DNA of 64,000 nucleotides, from assembly GCA_051599415.1 (NCBI GenBank), contig AP039692.1, positions 248,001-312,000 on the forward strand, given 5' to 3'. The translations under genes were made by a program, and so were the position numbers. The notes beneath the pieces were generated by a model. That model worked only from the letters and a program-made list of their open reading frames with translations, searched no databases and was not told the origin of the DNA. Source of the stretch: Savitreella phatthalungensis. Taxonomy: Eukaryota. Shown here piece after piece: positions 10,778 to 21,891 of the stretch (the stretch's first letter is position 1; the number at the start of each line of letters is the position of its first letter).

Positions 10778-12304
10778 CTAGGACTGCTGGAGGTGTTGAA
10801 CTTGCTTGTAATCAGCATGGCGGAGATGATTGCCGGCGAGATCGATCGATTTCAGGGACGGGAGAGTCGTTATACCGGGCGGTAAGAGATCCAGATTGTT
10901 ACGAGCGAGCCGCAACTGGGTCAGATTCGTCATACCGGCAAAGGCTTCCTCCTTGATTGTGTCCTGCTGAGAGCCATCCCGACCATGCAGTCGATTGTCG
11001 CTCAGATCGAGCTCGTCCAGGTGTCGGGGTAATCCGGCAAGTGCATCTGGACCGAGCGCATTTCTGCCAAGATCCAGCCTGACCAAGACCGGCAAGTCGC
11101 TCAGGTGCGCACGCGACAAGCAATTCATATGGGCGTCCAGGTCTCTCAGCGCTGGGAGTCCGTCGATTTCAATTTCTGCAAGCCGGTTTTGAGAGACATT
11201 GAGTCTGACGAGGTTGGGGAGCCGCTGACCGCGGATAGTGACCTGGTCGATCGCGTTGCGGCTGAGGTCGAGAGTGATGAGCGCGGTTGAGGTCAAAGAC
11301 TGCGGGAACTCTCCAGCGAGGTTGTTCTGCGAGAAGTCTGCTTGCCGAAGCGCTGGTAGCTTACAGACTAGCTCGACCATTTCCCATGATAGCTTGTTGC
11401 CAGACAAGTCGACTGTCGAGAGCAGCTCGAGCTCAAGGAGGCCCCCAGGGAGAGATGTCAGGACATTTCGCGGCATAGTCAACGTCGTCAGACCTCCAAA
11501 CGTCTCGACGAGTCTGTTATCAACGATCGTTATTTGGTTGTCACTTGCGACGAATCGCTCCAGATCCACATACGTGTACCATGCTGGAGCTTCGGAGCTG
11601 AAGTCGATCACGGCCTTCGGGTCAGGCCGATACATCCCGTAGACTTCATCTGGAATGCTGTCAAGATCGAGGGAGGAGATATCGAGGTGTCCTGAGGTCC
11701 TTGCTTTCGTGATTGCAGCCTCGATACCGTCCGGCAGACGATGCTCGTGCTTCTTCTGGTTGAACGGATCTGTGACATGTGCAAAGGGGTCCTCCGCGCC
11801 TGCGGTAGACTCAACACCTGCAGAGGTAGATGCTGTTGGCTTCGCGGCGCTCTGCTTCATCTGACGCCGCATCTGAGCAACATGCTCTCGTAATGCAAGC
11901 GATCCCTTCGGTGTCCGGGCTGGCGTACTTGCTGGTCTTCGCTGCGTAGCTGTACTGGGAGGCTCACCTGCATCAGGTTGTTTCTTGATCGAGCTCGGAG
12001 CCTCTTGTGTAGCTGGCCGCGTGCGACTGATGGTTCTAGGCGTCGTAGGGACTCGAGGGGCTGTCACAATACGCTGCGTCGCTGTGGTTGTTGTGCTGGT
12101 AGTAGTTGCGTTTGGTTTAGTGCTGTGACTCGACTTGACTGTCTGAACAGCGCGAGGCGTCGGTGCAGCTCGGAAACTCTTGCTCGCCGGCACCGAAGGC
12201 GTCTGAAAGATAGGCTGTGGCGGACGAGGGGCTGTGGTTGTGGTTGTAGTGCCACTGGCATGGCGATTGCCACTAGGCGTCTTTACCGGGATCCTGCTAC
12301 TCAT
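10778..12304 (-). CDS. Leucine-rich repeat protein with a basic Thr/Ser/Pro-rich N-terminus
   Basis: Many LxxLDLSxNxL repeats in the C-terminal half. Confidence 0.85.
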   Translation of the reverse strand: MSSRIPVKTPSGNRHASGTTTTTTAPRPPQPIFQTPSVPASKSFRAAPTPRAVQTVKSSHSTKPNATTTSTTTTATQRIVTAPRVPTTPRTISRTRPATQEAPSSIKKQPDAGEPPSTATQRRPASTPARTPKGSLALREHVAQMRRQMKQSAAKPTASTSAGVESTAGAEDPFAHVTDPFNQKKHEHRLPDGIEAAITKARTSGHLDISSLDLDSIPDEVYGMYRPDPKAVIDFSSEAPAWYTYVDLERFVASDNQITIVDNRLVETFGGLTTLTMPRNVLTSLPGGLLELELLSTVDLSGNKLSWEMVELVCKLPALRQADFSQNNLAGEFPQSLTSTALITLDLSRNAIDQVTIRGQRLPNLVRLNVSQNRLAEIEIDGLPALRDLDAHMNCLSRAHLSDLPVLVRLDLGRNALGPDALAGLPRHLDELDLSDNRLHGRDGSQQDTIKEEAFAGMTNLTQLRLARNNLDLLPPGITTLPSLKSIDLAGNHLRHADYKQVQHLQQS

Positions 12305-12765
12305 ACAGCTGGTGTCAGGTTATAGTATAACGTGATCATGACTCAAAAGAACAAGAAAGAGGCGCCTCTGGACGCTTTATGACCTCACCTACCCTCTATC
12401 GTTGTCCGTCTGCTGTGTGTTGACGACGGCTTGTATGTGTATGCGTGTGGTGTGGAGTAGTGAAGTGGATATTGATCACTTCTATTTGAACATGTGTTTT
12501 CTTGAGACATGCATGCATGTGCATCCACATGTTCTGATCAAGTCGACTCAAAAAAAGATACGTCTTCAATTAGCCTTTGTCTTCGTCATCGTCCCGTCCC
12601 GCATCTCTGGTGCAACCGACGACATCCTCGAGCGCTTCAACCATCTAGACCCCGTTGTAGAAGGGTGCTGCAGGCGACACTAGGACTTGCTGAGAGAATC
12701 CTTCGCTGGAATAGTCAGTGGTTTCATCGGCACATAACTAAAGCTTCCCCTCAACCACATACGGC

Positions 12766-13350
12766 ATGTCGACTGGTCGTGGTGGTCGAGGTGACGGGCC
12801 CGTTGTTTCTCGGCGGCGGAGTTCGTCGCTTGTTCAGGTGATTGAGCCTTCTACGTTTGATGAGCTCCAGGATCAGGGTGCTGAGAATAACCACAACAGC
12901 GACTGGGTCAGTGGGAAAGGTGCTTGGTCGATCCACGTGGTGCTGATTGCGGCCGCCAAGATCTTCTTCAATACACTTCCTGGTGTATCCCAGGAACTCG
13001 GCTGGACGCTCACAAATCTGAGCTACATGGCAGGCTCCTTTCTTATGTTCCACTATGTGAAAGGTATCCCATTCGAGTTCAATAGCGGCGCCTACGACCA
13101 GCTCAATATGTGGGAGCAGATGGACAATGGCGCTCAGTACACACCTGCCAAGAAGTTCCTTACAGCTGTGCCGATCGTCTTGTTCCTGCTGTCGACGCAC
13201 TACACCCACTATGACTTTACCATGTTTGTCATCAACTTGTGGGCTTTGGTAATGGTCATCATCCCGAAGCTCCCCATCGCTCACCGCTTGCGAATTTTCG
13301 GCGTCAACAAATTTGACCTAAATGTGGCCGAGGAGACAGAGGAGCAGTAG
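12766..13350 (+). CDS. ORM1: ORMDL-family sphingolipid homeostasis protein
   Basis: RRRSSS phospho-site region; WTLTNLSY, FHYVKGIPFE, MWEQMDNGAQYTPAKKFL and HYTHYD. Confidence 0.96.
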   Translation: MSTGRGGRGDGPVVSRRRSSSLVQVIEPSTFDELQDQGAENNHNSDWVSGKGAWSIHVVLIAAAKIFFNTLPGVSQELGWTLTNLSYMAGSFLMFHYVKGIPFEFNSGAYDQLNMWEQMDNGAQYTPAKKFLTAVPIVLFLLSTHYTHYDFTMFVINLWALVMVIIPKLPIAHRLRIFGVNKFDLNVAEETEEQ

Positions 13351-13644
13351 GCTATGCCGCCGCACTATGGAAGGATTGCACATCATACACAGACATGCGC
13401 GCGCACGCTCGAGCAAAAGGTATCAGGCTGGAGTAAATGCTCTTCGAGATTAGATCTCTGTCGTGGGAGGAAATGACCACAGTCGAAACTGCTGCTGCTG
13501 CTGCTGTGGCCACAGCCACTGCCCACCACCTCTTGCTACCTACTTACAATGCTTTGTTTTACCAGATTTGCGTATCAATCATGCTTTTTAAACCCGCAGC
13601 TTGCCCGTATATCTGACCTTGCTGAACGTCACCTTTTCTGCAGA

Positions 13645-15321
13645 TCAGGCGCTCTTACCTTGAAGGAAGCCTAGTAATGCGTCTTTGCCCTTGACCTCCA
13701 AGAGCGCCTTGATGGCCAGTAATTGCGATCTCTCTTGTTTCGTGTCATGGTCGACCTGGAGTCTCGTGCAGGCGACGTCAACGAGGTCTTCGAGTTTGGC
13801 GCCTGGTAGTGCGTCGACGATGGCTGTGGAAGTGGAAGAGGAGGCAGTGTTTGGGACTGCCTGAAGACGACTTTTGCGTGACGCGATCGCGTCATTAGTC
13901 ATCTGACGTTCACGACGGACGGTGTCGAGAAAGTCGAGGACGACGCCACTTTCGCTGATTCGGTACTTGGATGCATCCATGTCGTGCACCGGGTGGCCGG
14001 CTTTCAGCTCAGCGTATGCAGCCTGTTGCTCGAACGTATGTACTGGGGACGGGTGCCATGTTCCACTGCCATCCGACAGCTTGATATCGACGTCGCCACG
14101 ATTAGCAAAGCCGCGAGAAAGCACAGTGTCACGAAGTTTGCCGCCCTTCGGTTTTCGCGTGGTCGGTGTGATATCGCGTGAGTGTAGTGGACAGGTCCAC
14201 TTGCGTAGATTGCTCGGTAAGATTGGGAGAGGTGGCACAAGGCAATCGAGGTGCCAGTGGGAGGTGCAGTGGTCGCACGAGATGATGCCCAGGGAATTGA
14301 CAGCCGACTCACCACATCTGTAGCACATAATCGCGCGGTTGTTGCGATCACGCATCTTGAATGCGTCAATCTCCTCTGCAAAGCCATGGCGATCCTTCCG
14401 CACAGACTTGACGTCCCGCGTTTCCGAGTACACGCCGAGCTCCCCGGTGGAAACGCCCTCGAAGAAATTGCGAATGTCTGCTGGCGGGAGATACACGACA
14501 GGATCTCTAGTCAATTCATTCGTCATCAACTGCTGCCACAGACCCTCCGTTGGTCGTGGGAACCCAAATCTGCGATCGAAGCAAGGCATGCAGAAGAAAG
14601 GTTCGTCTGGGATGTCTGCTTCTTCGATTGGCGGGTCGATGCAGTTAAAGTGAAATGATTTTGGGCAGTCGTCACAGCATAGAAGCTTGCCCGTGCCTTG
14701 ACAGGTGTAGCAATGCTCGTCATTCGAGTTCTGATCGTCATCGCGAGGTCGCATTCGCGAATCGTCTGCAGCCTGAGGCAGCGATTTTGACTTGCTCTCG
14801 GACGGCAGAGTGCCGAGCTCGACACTTGGTTCTCGCCGATGTTTGTGTGGTGAGCTGATCTTGATCCGCTTAACCTCGCGGCCACGCTTGGCTGGAGCGA
14901 GTGATGGCACCTCCATCCGAGCAGCCCTCTTTTTCGGATTTATCGGCGTTGCACCGTCACTTGCCGATACTGGGGCGGACGCGTCATCGACCGCCACCGG
15001 ACTATCCGGACGACGCTGGCTACGACGTGCTGATGGCACAGCGCGCTCGACGATGCTTGGTGGATCGGCGTCCGACTCCTCGCCAGATGCACCTGGAGAA
15101 GAGCGTCCTCGACCATTTGAGGAGGCGTCTTCACCATTGCCTTCTTTGAAAAAAGAGGCGTAAGACGTTCGTTCGCCACGCTGTCTCATCGACCGACCAT
15201 TCTCAGGATCATGATCAGGACTACTCCGTGCTGCTTGATTTGCAGAATTATGAGGATGTGCAGGTGCAGGTGTAGATGCAGGAGCTGCTGCCTGGACTCG
15301 AGGATGGTCCTCGAGAGACAT
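13645..15321 (-). CDS. Double PHD-finger protein, Rco1/Cph1-Cph2-like (Rpd3S/Clr6 complex)
   Basis: Two C4HC3 fingers: CYTC..LLCCDDCPKSFHFNCIDPP and CYRC..ISCDHCTSHWHLDCLVPP. Confidence 0.85.
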   Translation of the reverse strand: MSLEDHPRVQAAAPASTPAPAHPHNSANQAARSSPDHDPENGRSMRQRGERTSYASFFKEGNGEDASSNGRGRSSPGASGEESDADPPSIVERAVPSARRSQRRPDSPVAVDDASAPVSASDGATPINPKKRAARMEVPSLAPAKRGREVKRIKISSPHKHRREPSVELGTLPSESKSKSLPQAADDSRMRPRDDDQNSNDEHCYTCQGTGKLLCCDDCPKSFHFNCIDPPIEEADIPDEPFFCMPCFDRRFGFPRPTEGLWQQLMTNELTRDPVVYLPPADIRNFFEGVSTGELGVYSETRDVKSVRKDRHGFAEEIDAFKMRDRNNRAIMCYRCGESAVNSLGIISCDHCTSHWHLDCLVPPLPILPSNLRKWTCPLHSRDITPTTRKPKGGKLRDTVLSRGFANRGDVDIKLSDGSGTWHPSPVHTFEQQAAYAELKAGHPVHDMDASKYRISESGVVLDFLDTVRRERQMTNDAIASRKSRLQAVPNTASSSTSTAIVDALPGAKLEDLVDVACTRLQVDHDTKQERSQLLAIKALLEVKGKDALLGFLQGKSA

Positions 15322-16571
15322 GAAGGATCTTAATAGTATGCAAGGTCAAACGTGCGTATCTTTGAGCTTATAATTTTTTAATGGTGTGGAGGGGCTGGTG
15401 GCAGGGCACTGCAATTCAGCTGGATGGGATTTGCAGTGCAATGAAGTGCAGCAGAAGTCTCTCCCAAGGCTCACGGATCTTTCAGCTGGGCTGTCCAAGC
15501 AAGTAGAACAGGGACAGACCCTGAAGGCGCTGCTACTTTGCTCTGTAGCTGTGCTGAAGTAATTCAGGGATTGTGTGTGCAGACAGGGTTGGTTGGGAAG
15601 TCTGAGTGGTGCGACAATATTCGCGACACCACTGGAATTGGGGCTTGCTGCGTATGCGACACTGTGGAAGCGGACGATGGAAAGAGGCGTTGCTGGCGCG
15701 TGTCTGAGGTGGATGGAAGTGTGTAGGACGACGTGGATCCGGAGTGTGAGAATAGGATGGAGTGTGTCGCTGTACGGGTGTGTCTGTGTGTGTGGGTGTG
15801 GGAGGTGTGCGGCGTCGAAAGGTTTGATTCCCAGTGAGTGAGTGGAAGAGTGAAGTGTGTGAGAGTAACTGAGTGAACGTGAAGGTGATCGAAATTTAGT
15901 GAAAGCTAGCTAGTACGTACGACTTAGCGGCGTTAAACTTATTGAGGCAATTCCAGTGCGCATATCTCAGGCAACTAAGAAGAAATTCGGTTCTCACCAA
16001 CTGAACTTTTCTTATCTTTCTTCATCCGAGGCAATAGCCTAACTTTAGTAGATTAATACTGTGGGTATATAGTGATTTGCAAAAAGTCTCCTTGTAAAGT
16101 AGATATGCAAATTGAGAAATCCATTAAAAAGCGTACGTACTGCTATACGTAACATAAAATTGATGGGGCAAGTTCTATGGTTGATCAACGCCTCATTCAC
16201 TTCGTCCTCCTTCTTCCACCTTCTTCGCCTGCCTTCTTCAGCATCAAATGCTCCGCGATGAATATAGTGCTTGAGGAATGCTTACCTCCCTCTTCCTCCT
16301 CTGAGAGTCTCATACAACAAGATCATCAATGTCATGCAATGCAGAAATGATCTAGCTCATATTCAATTGCCACTGATTGTCTCGTACGAGCTACAGCCTC
16401 CTGTTATTCCGGATCGTGACCACAATGTTCGAGGATTCAGGAATGTTGCAGTCCGAGAAACTCCACCACGAAAACTCTGATCTGCTTGCACCCATATACT
16501 TTCACTATGTTGCCCTCATCGGACGGATATATCGTGATGCATTGCTTCTCTTCATTTTGGATAAGAAAAAA

Positions 16572-17753
16572 CTACTGTGATGATGATGCTGTTGCCGCCT
16601 GTCCCTCTGCTGCTCCACCTGCCGATTTCTTTGCCTTCTTCTTAGCTGCCTTGAGCGGCTTGGCAATGAGCGCCTTGAGCTCCTCGTCCTCAAGTGAGTG
16701 GCTCGATTTGACCTTGTCTGCGTCAAAGGAGATCGGGCCTGCGAGTCTGACGGTGCCGTTGGGAGCGAGGGCGATGGTGCTGTGGGCGAGGGCGACAAAC
16801 TCTCCGTTCTTTTCCTCAAAGACCTCATAGGCCTGGAGGAGGCCGTGCTTCTGGGGCTCAATCACACCGATCCGAGCGGTCTTTTCATCCGCCAAACTGC
16901 GCAGAGTGAATGGGAAGGCACCAAAGGCCTTGTCAATCTCAGACAGCGTCTTCCGGCTCGTCGGCATCTTCAAGCTGTACTTGAGGTCCGAAGCACGCTT
17001 GAAGACGGTCGTGCGGCAGTCCATGCGCTTCACCTTGCCCTCGCCAGTCGAAATCAGGATGTCAACACCGTAGACTTCTCCCTGCTCGAACGAGTGTGTC
17101 TCGCGCTTGATGTTTTCCGATGGGTTGAGGATGATTTCCTTCTTGCCTGCCACGACGTTGCGCTCCTGGTTGTGCAACAGGATGCCCTCGCACGGCTTGC
17201 ATCCAAAGGACTCTGCAATCTTCTGGACTGCATCTGTAACGTCCCAGTTCTTGCCTCCTGGCTTGATCAAACGAATCGCAGCCTCGGAAGCCAGGTGTGC
17301 AGCTGCAATGACGTCGGCCTTGCGGCCAGAAATCTCTCCGCCACCGACGACGAACGTGTCACCGAGAATGCTGCCGAATCCATCAATCTGTGCACCGAGA
17401 GACAGCTTGACGAGATCTCCCTCCTTGAACTCGTTCTGTGCCTCCGGGTCGCTGGGAAGGGGCGAGAAGTGTGCTGCGACGTGGTTGACGGAGATGCTGG
17501 TGGGAAAGCCGATACCCTTGATGACTGACTTTCCCTTGTAGATCTTAGCACATTCTGCAGTGAGAAGCTTGTCTCCCTCGATGCAGATGTCGAGAATCTT
17601 GACGCCTGCTTTGCATTGTGGGATGAGCTCCTTTAGAACTTTTGTGGAGATGTCACCTGCTGCCTTGTAGGCTGTGAGGACGTTTGGGTTTGCGAGAGAG
17701 TAGTCAGTCTCCTTCTTGTCAGCAGTTGCCGCTGCTGCTGCTGCACCGGACAT
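16572..17753 (-). CDS. cdb4: Curved DNA-binding protein Cdb4 / PA2G4 (Ebp1), M24 fold
   Basis: KGIGFPTSISVN, HFSPL, LGAQIDGF, VYGVDILISTGEGK and FPFTLRSL; Lys-rich C-terminus. Confidence 0.92.
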   Translation of the reverse strand: MSGAAAAAATADKKETDYSLANPNVLTAYKAAGDISTKVLKELIPQCKAGVKILDICIEGDKLLTAECAKIYKGKSVIKGIGFPTSISVNHVAAHFSPLPSDPEAQNEFKEGDLVKLSLGAQIDGFGSILGDTFVVGGGEISGRKADVIAAAHLASEAAIRLIKPGGKNWDVTDAVQKIAESFGCKPCEGILLHNQERNVVAGKKEIILNPSENIKRETHSFEQGEVYGVDILISTGEGKVKRMDCRTTVFKRASDLKYSLKMPTSRKTLSEIDKAFGAFPFTLRSLADEKTARIGVIEPQKHGLLQAYEVFEEKNGEFVALAHSTIALAPNGTVRLAGPISFDADKVKSSHSLEDEELKALIAKPLKAAKKKAKKSAGGAAEGQAATASSSQ

Positions 17754-18763
17754 TTTTGTCAACGTGGTACTTTGAAAGATATGAATGATCTAAGGAGTGA
17801 TGGATGAAATATAAAGTAGGCTTAGCAGGATCGAGAGTATGTGCTGCTAGTGGTAGTGTGACCTGTGGACTTGCGTGGGTGAGTAGGAGCTCTCTCTCTG
17901 TGTGTGCGTAAGGAGAATTGGTGAGCACCGGAGAGCACTATGGGTATGACTGGCAGATCTCAATCTATGGTATGTGCAGAATGCAGCAGAGTTGACATGC
18001 ACAGTAGAAAATTAATTTGCAGGCTGTATAGCGTATAATAGAGTACCGAGTATAGTAGATTATATATGAGAAGATAGCTATAGAGCGTACGTAGAATTCA
18101 ATTCAGGCTGCAATGGACGAACTAGCTGGAAGCTGAATCCAGCAGCTATTAATTAGCTTGATTGAGAGGATATAGAACAAAGTATTTACTATATATGCCA
18201 TATATGATTTGCGGTGAATTGTAGAGAGTGTGTGAATTGGAACAGCCAGCTATTCTGTCCATGTGGCACTGTCAACCAGGGAGAGCGCTCTATATGTGCA
18301 TACTGGAAATCAACTTGGACGAACATTTGATGTCTAGAGCAAGCACTATAGGGAACCAGAATTCAGATGAACATTCTGACTGATTGTAGCGTCACAGTGT
18401 GCCAGCACGTGCAGAAAAATACATACACTGCGACACATCTCTCTTGCACCAGCCCGGTCGTTGATTGAATGCAAAGGGCTGTGACCTGGGGTGTCGTATT
18501 CTGCATATGTATTCACGTCTACGGGCTGTTATGCGCTGCTGAAAGATCGACTAGCTAGCTGTACACGAAATTTATGCATCATGTGAAATCTGTGCCCTGA
18601 TCACATGCATATCAAATGCAGGTGTTGCATCGAAAAGGTCAAATGCACACTCACATGCACAGCTCGATCAATACGAGAAGTATCAGTCTATGCACATTCA
18701 AGTGCCTTCGCCAAGACCGCGCTCACAAAGAGCAACTGCGTTCGCCTTGGGCGTCAGCGCCGC

Positions 18764-20704
18764 ATGAGCGCAAAGCAGGACATCTTTACAGCCTGTCAGT
18801 ATGGCGACAGGGAGAGAGTGCTTGAGATTCTGCAGGAACGTCCAGAAGCCGCGCTCGACACGAACGACTATGGTGCTACGGCTTTGCATTGGGCAGCCAT
18901 CAATGGCCACCACGAGATCTGCAGCGACCTCCTCGCCAGAGGCGCCCAGCCAAACCATCTGGCCGGCGACCTGAAAGCCACGCCGCTCATGTGGGCAGCA
19001 AAAGGTGGTCAGGTTCAAACGACCAGACTGCTACTACTCTCCGGTGCAGACGCATCTCTACGGGATGGCCAGGGTTTCGACATCCTGACCCTCGCCGTTC
19101 ACAGCAACAGCCAATGGCTTGTTCTATACCTGCTTTCGATGGGCTTGCCCATCGACAGTGCAGACCCAGAGCTACACACCGCGCTCATGTGGGCATGCTA
19201 CGGGCGTAATCCGACCATTACGCGGATATTGCTGCATGCAGGAGCAGACATTTCTGCACGTGACAATCACCAGCTACAGGCAATTCACTGGGCAGCAGTA
19301 GGTGGGGACGCTGAGTGTATTGTGGCTGTCGCGAGTGAGGGTGCAGATCTGCATGCTGTTCAAGATGAAGGCTTCACGCCGGCCACACTAGCCCACAGAG
19401 CCAAGGCCGATGCCGGCTGGTCACGTGCGCTCGAGATGCTCAGTCTTGACGAGGACACGCTGAAGAGGCCGACACTGATGGCGTCCAAAGTAATTGCACG
19501 ACGAGCCGTCTTCCTCGCCCCGTTCCTCATGCTGCCGGTGTTCTTGTGGCTCTTACACCGTGCACCTATCGTCCTCTCGCTCGTCATCATTGTTGCAGCC
19601 ACATACGGCGTATCACGCTTACTCGACGCTATCTGCAACCCGGGACCCAACAAGTACGCTGCACTGACAGAAACCTCCTTTTTCGCAGGCGTCTTTTCCG
19701 CATCGGCCTTCTGGACGTCAGTACATTGGTTCTCGACATTGTTGGCGAGCACATGGCCGCTTGCTCCACTGGAGAGCATCGTGTTCACCTTGATCTTTGC
19801 AGGAGCCATGTATAACTACGTCAAGGCGATGCGTGACGATCCGGGATATGTCGCTCGTGGAGCAGGAATGTCTGACATGCGAAGGTCGATCGACAGTCTT
19901 CTCGATCGCAAACAACTCGGCTCATCAACCTTCTGCTTGACGTGTATGGTCGCGAGACCAGATCGCTCTCGCCACTGCCGTCTGTGCGGACGGTGCGTGA
20001 TTAAACAGGATCATCACTGCCCGTGGATTGGCAGGTGTGTCGGCCGGAATAACCACAAGGCTTTCTTCCTCTACATCCTCCTGCTCGGCCTCGGAATCCC
20101 GATGCTCCTCCAGATGCAGCTGAAATCGATGATCGGCAAACCGACGACACCAACAGAACCGTGCTCCTTACTGACTCCAGAGCTGTGCGCAACGATCGAG
20201 TACGGTGGTCCAGCATTCCTGCTCGTCATATGGGACACCTTCCAGCTCTCGTGGGTGTACATGCTTGTCGCCGTCCAAGCCTTCCAGATCGGTCGCGGCA
20301 TCACGACACAGGAAGTCTACGCCGCACGCAACAAGTCCTCTCAACCTGACGACGACCTGCTGCCCGCCGCCACCGCATCCATCCCACCAGCAGCCGGCGA
20401 CCCCGCGCACATCCACGGCCCTGAATGCGCGCACGGCGGACGACACGCTGGGTCTGCGAAGGAACGCGTCTCCTTTTTTGGAAAATGCGCTCGGTTCATT
20501 GGGCTGGAGCAGGCGATGCTGCTAATCCGTGGAGGTAGTTCACGCGCACGACGACGCAAGTTCGTCAACCCTTACGACCTCGGAAGCGTCTCTGCAAACT
20601 GCGCAGCCTTCTGGAACCAGCACCACACCCCGAACCCCACCGACGAAGACCAACTCCCCCTCCACACGACCTCGCATACCGACACTGCCGGCCAGCTTGT
20701 ATAG
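18764..20704 (+). CDS. AKR1: Ankyrin-repeat DHHC palmitoyltransferase
   Basis: Ankyrin repeats (TALHWAA, TPLMWAA, TALMWAC), TM helices and the Cys-rich DHHC domain (RSRHCRLCGRCVIKQDHHCPWIGRCVG); exact start uncertain. Confidence 0.93.
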   Translation: MSAKQDIFTACQYGDRERVLEILQERPEAALDTNDYGATALHWAAINGHHEICSDLLARGAQPNHLAGDLKATPLMWAAKGGQVQTTRLLLLSGADASLRDGQGFDILTLAVHSNSQWLVLYLLSMGLPIDSADPELHTALMWACYGRNPTITRILLHAGADISARDNHQLQAIHWAAVGGDAECIVAVASEGADLHAVQDEGFTPATLAHRAKADAGWSRALEMLSLDEDTLKRPTLMASKVIARRAVFLAPFLMLPVFLWLLHRAPIVLSLVIIVAATYGVSRLLDAICNPGPNKYAALTETSFFAGVFSASAFWTSVHWFSTLLASTWPLAPLESIVFTLIFAGAMYNYVKAMRDDPGYVARGAGMSDMRRSIDSLLDRKQLGSSTFCLTCMVARPDRSRHCRLCGRCVIKQDHHCPWIGRCVGRNNHKAFFLYILLLGLGIPMLLQMQLKSMIGKPTTPTEPCSLLTPELCATIEYGGPAFLLVIWDTFQLSWVYMLVAVQAFQIGRGITTQEVYAARNKSSQPDDDLLPAATASIPPAAGDPAHIHGPECAHGGRHAGSAKERVSFFGKCARFIGLEQAMLLIRGGSSRARRRKFVNPYDLGSVSANCAAFWNQHHTPNPTDEDQLPLHTTSHTDTAGQLV

Positions 20705-20747
20705 ATCAAGCATTCAATTGCATACAGAATCTACGTGAGAAGCGTCG

Positions 20748-21467
20748 TTACAAATGAGCACTAGCTACGAACTGTGCTGCCGGTGCCCCGTTCTCGTAAC
20801 TCGTGTACGCCCAGGTCTGTGAGGCTGTGAGGGTGGTCATGACGGCTGGGGTGGGCGCGACTGCGAGGTAGGGTGCGTAGGTGGAAGTCGGGTACATCGG
20901 CTGTGCTGTGGCTGGGTTAGCAGTGATGGCAGTACCGACCTTCCGCTGAGGAGGCGCAACACGCGTCAACCCGGTCTGGCTCGCGTACATTCCCAACCCA
21001 CTCGTAGCCAATGTCGTCGTCGCACTCGCAGTCGCCCCAGCCGGCGTCGTTCCAGCAGGACCACCATTCGACAACCCAGTATTCGCCACCAGCGTACCGG
21101 TCATCCCAGTCAATGTGAAGCGCGAGGAGAAGGTGGTGACGACGAGACCAGAGGTCGTTGTGGAGATGAATTTGAGGAAGTATTGACCTGTGGTGCCGAT
21201 GGTTGGTGGAATGGTGACAGTGAGGGAGGTTCTGGTGTTGAGGGCGACGGCGCCGGCGACGGTCAGTAGGGTCTGGATGTTTGTGTTTGTGCCCGTGCAC
21301 AGGACGATATCGGCGTTCTTGAGAGATGAGAGGGCAGGTAGAGCGCCAGAGTCTGTCCACTGGAGCGTGATTGAACCACCAGCGAGAGAGCTCCCAGCGG
21401 CCGGCGACGTCAGGAGAACGTCCGCGACAGCGGCGCCGACCAGAGCAAACAATCTCAGCAACTTCAT
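20748..21467 (-). CDS. KRE9: Secreted Kre9/Knh1-family beta-1,6-glucan synthesis protein
   Basis: Signal peptide; LQWTDSG, FSSRFTLTGMTG, YASQTGLTRVAPPQ and SYENGAPAA. Confidence 0.85.
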   Translation of the reverse strand: MKLLRLFALVGAAVADVLLTSPAAGSSLAGGSITLQWTDSGALPALSSLKNADIVLCTGTNTNIQTLLTVAGAVALNTRTSLTVTIPPTIGTTGQYFLKFISTTTSGLVVTTFSSRFTLTGMTGTLVANTGLSNGGPAGTTPAGATASATTTLATSGLGMYASQTGLTRVAPPQRKVGTAITANPATAQPMYPTSTYAPYLAVAPTPAVMTTLTASQTWAYTSYENGAPAAQFVASAHL

Positions 21468-21891
21468 AGCTCGCTCACCGCAATTCTATGTCGTCTCTGT
21501 ACAGTATAGACCTGGAAGAATACTCTCTTGATTGTAGACGGCCGCAATTCACGCTAGATGGGATCGTCCTTGCGGGAAGTTTTTAGTTTGTGCGTCATTT
21601 GTGCTGAAGGAAATTAACTAAAATATGCTTGGCAAAAGGAAATGAATCCACTTTGAATGCCTGATTGCTATTCTTAGCTTCATCTTACGGCCCAGAACGA
21701 CACTCGAGGTAAGGCACGCATTGTATGCATAACAACAGATCGGCCATACGGCTGTGAATCATAGTAATTGTACAAGAAGGCTTCTTTGGGGATAATAACG
21801 ACGAATAAGCCAGTCGTATCCGAGAGAAGTGTGTCATGGCTGTTGAGAGAAGGGCTCCAGTCATTTCCAACCATTCCGTTATGGGCGCATT

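Noticed and set aside
12751..13284. Long antisense ORFs over ORM1 (also over cdb4, the SDR, BLM10, UBP15 and XPB)
   Set aside because: Shadow ORFs caused by codon bias of the real genes; no motifs of their own.
16130..16500. Possible small spliced gene (GTAAGC donor on the - strand near 16285)
   Set aside because: No recognisable or convincing protein in any frame tried.
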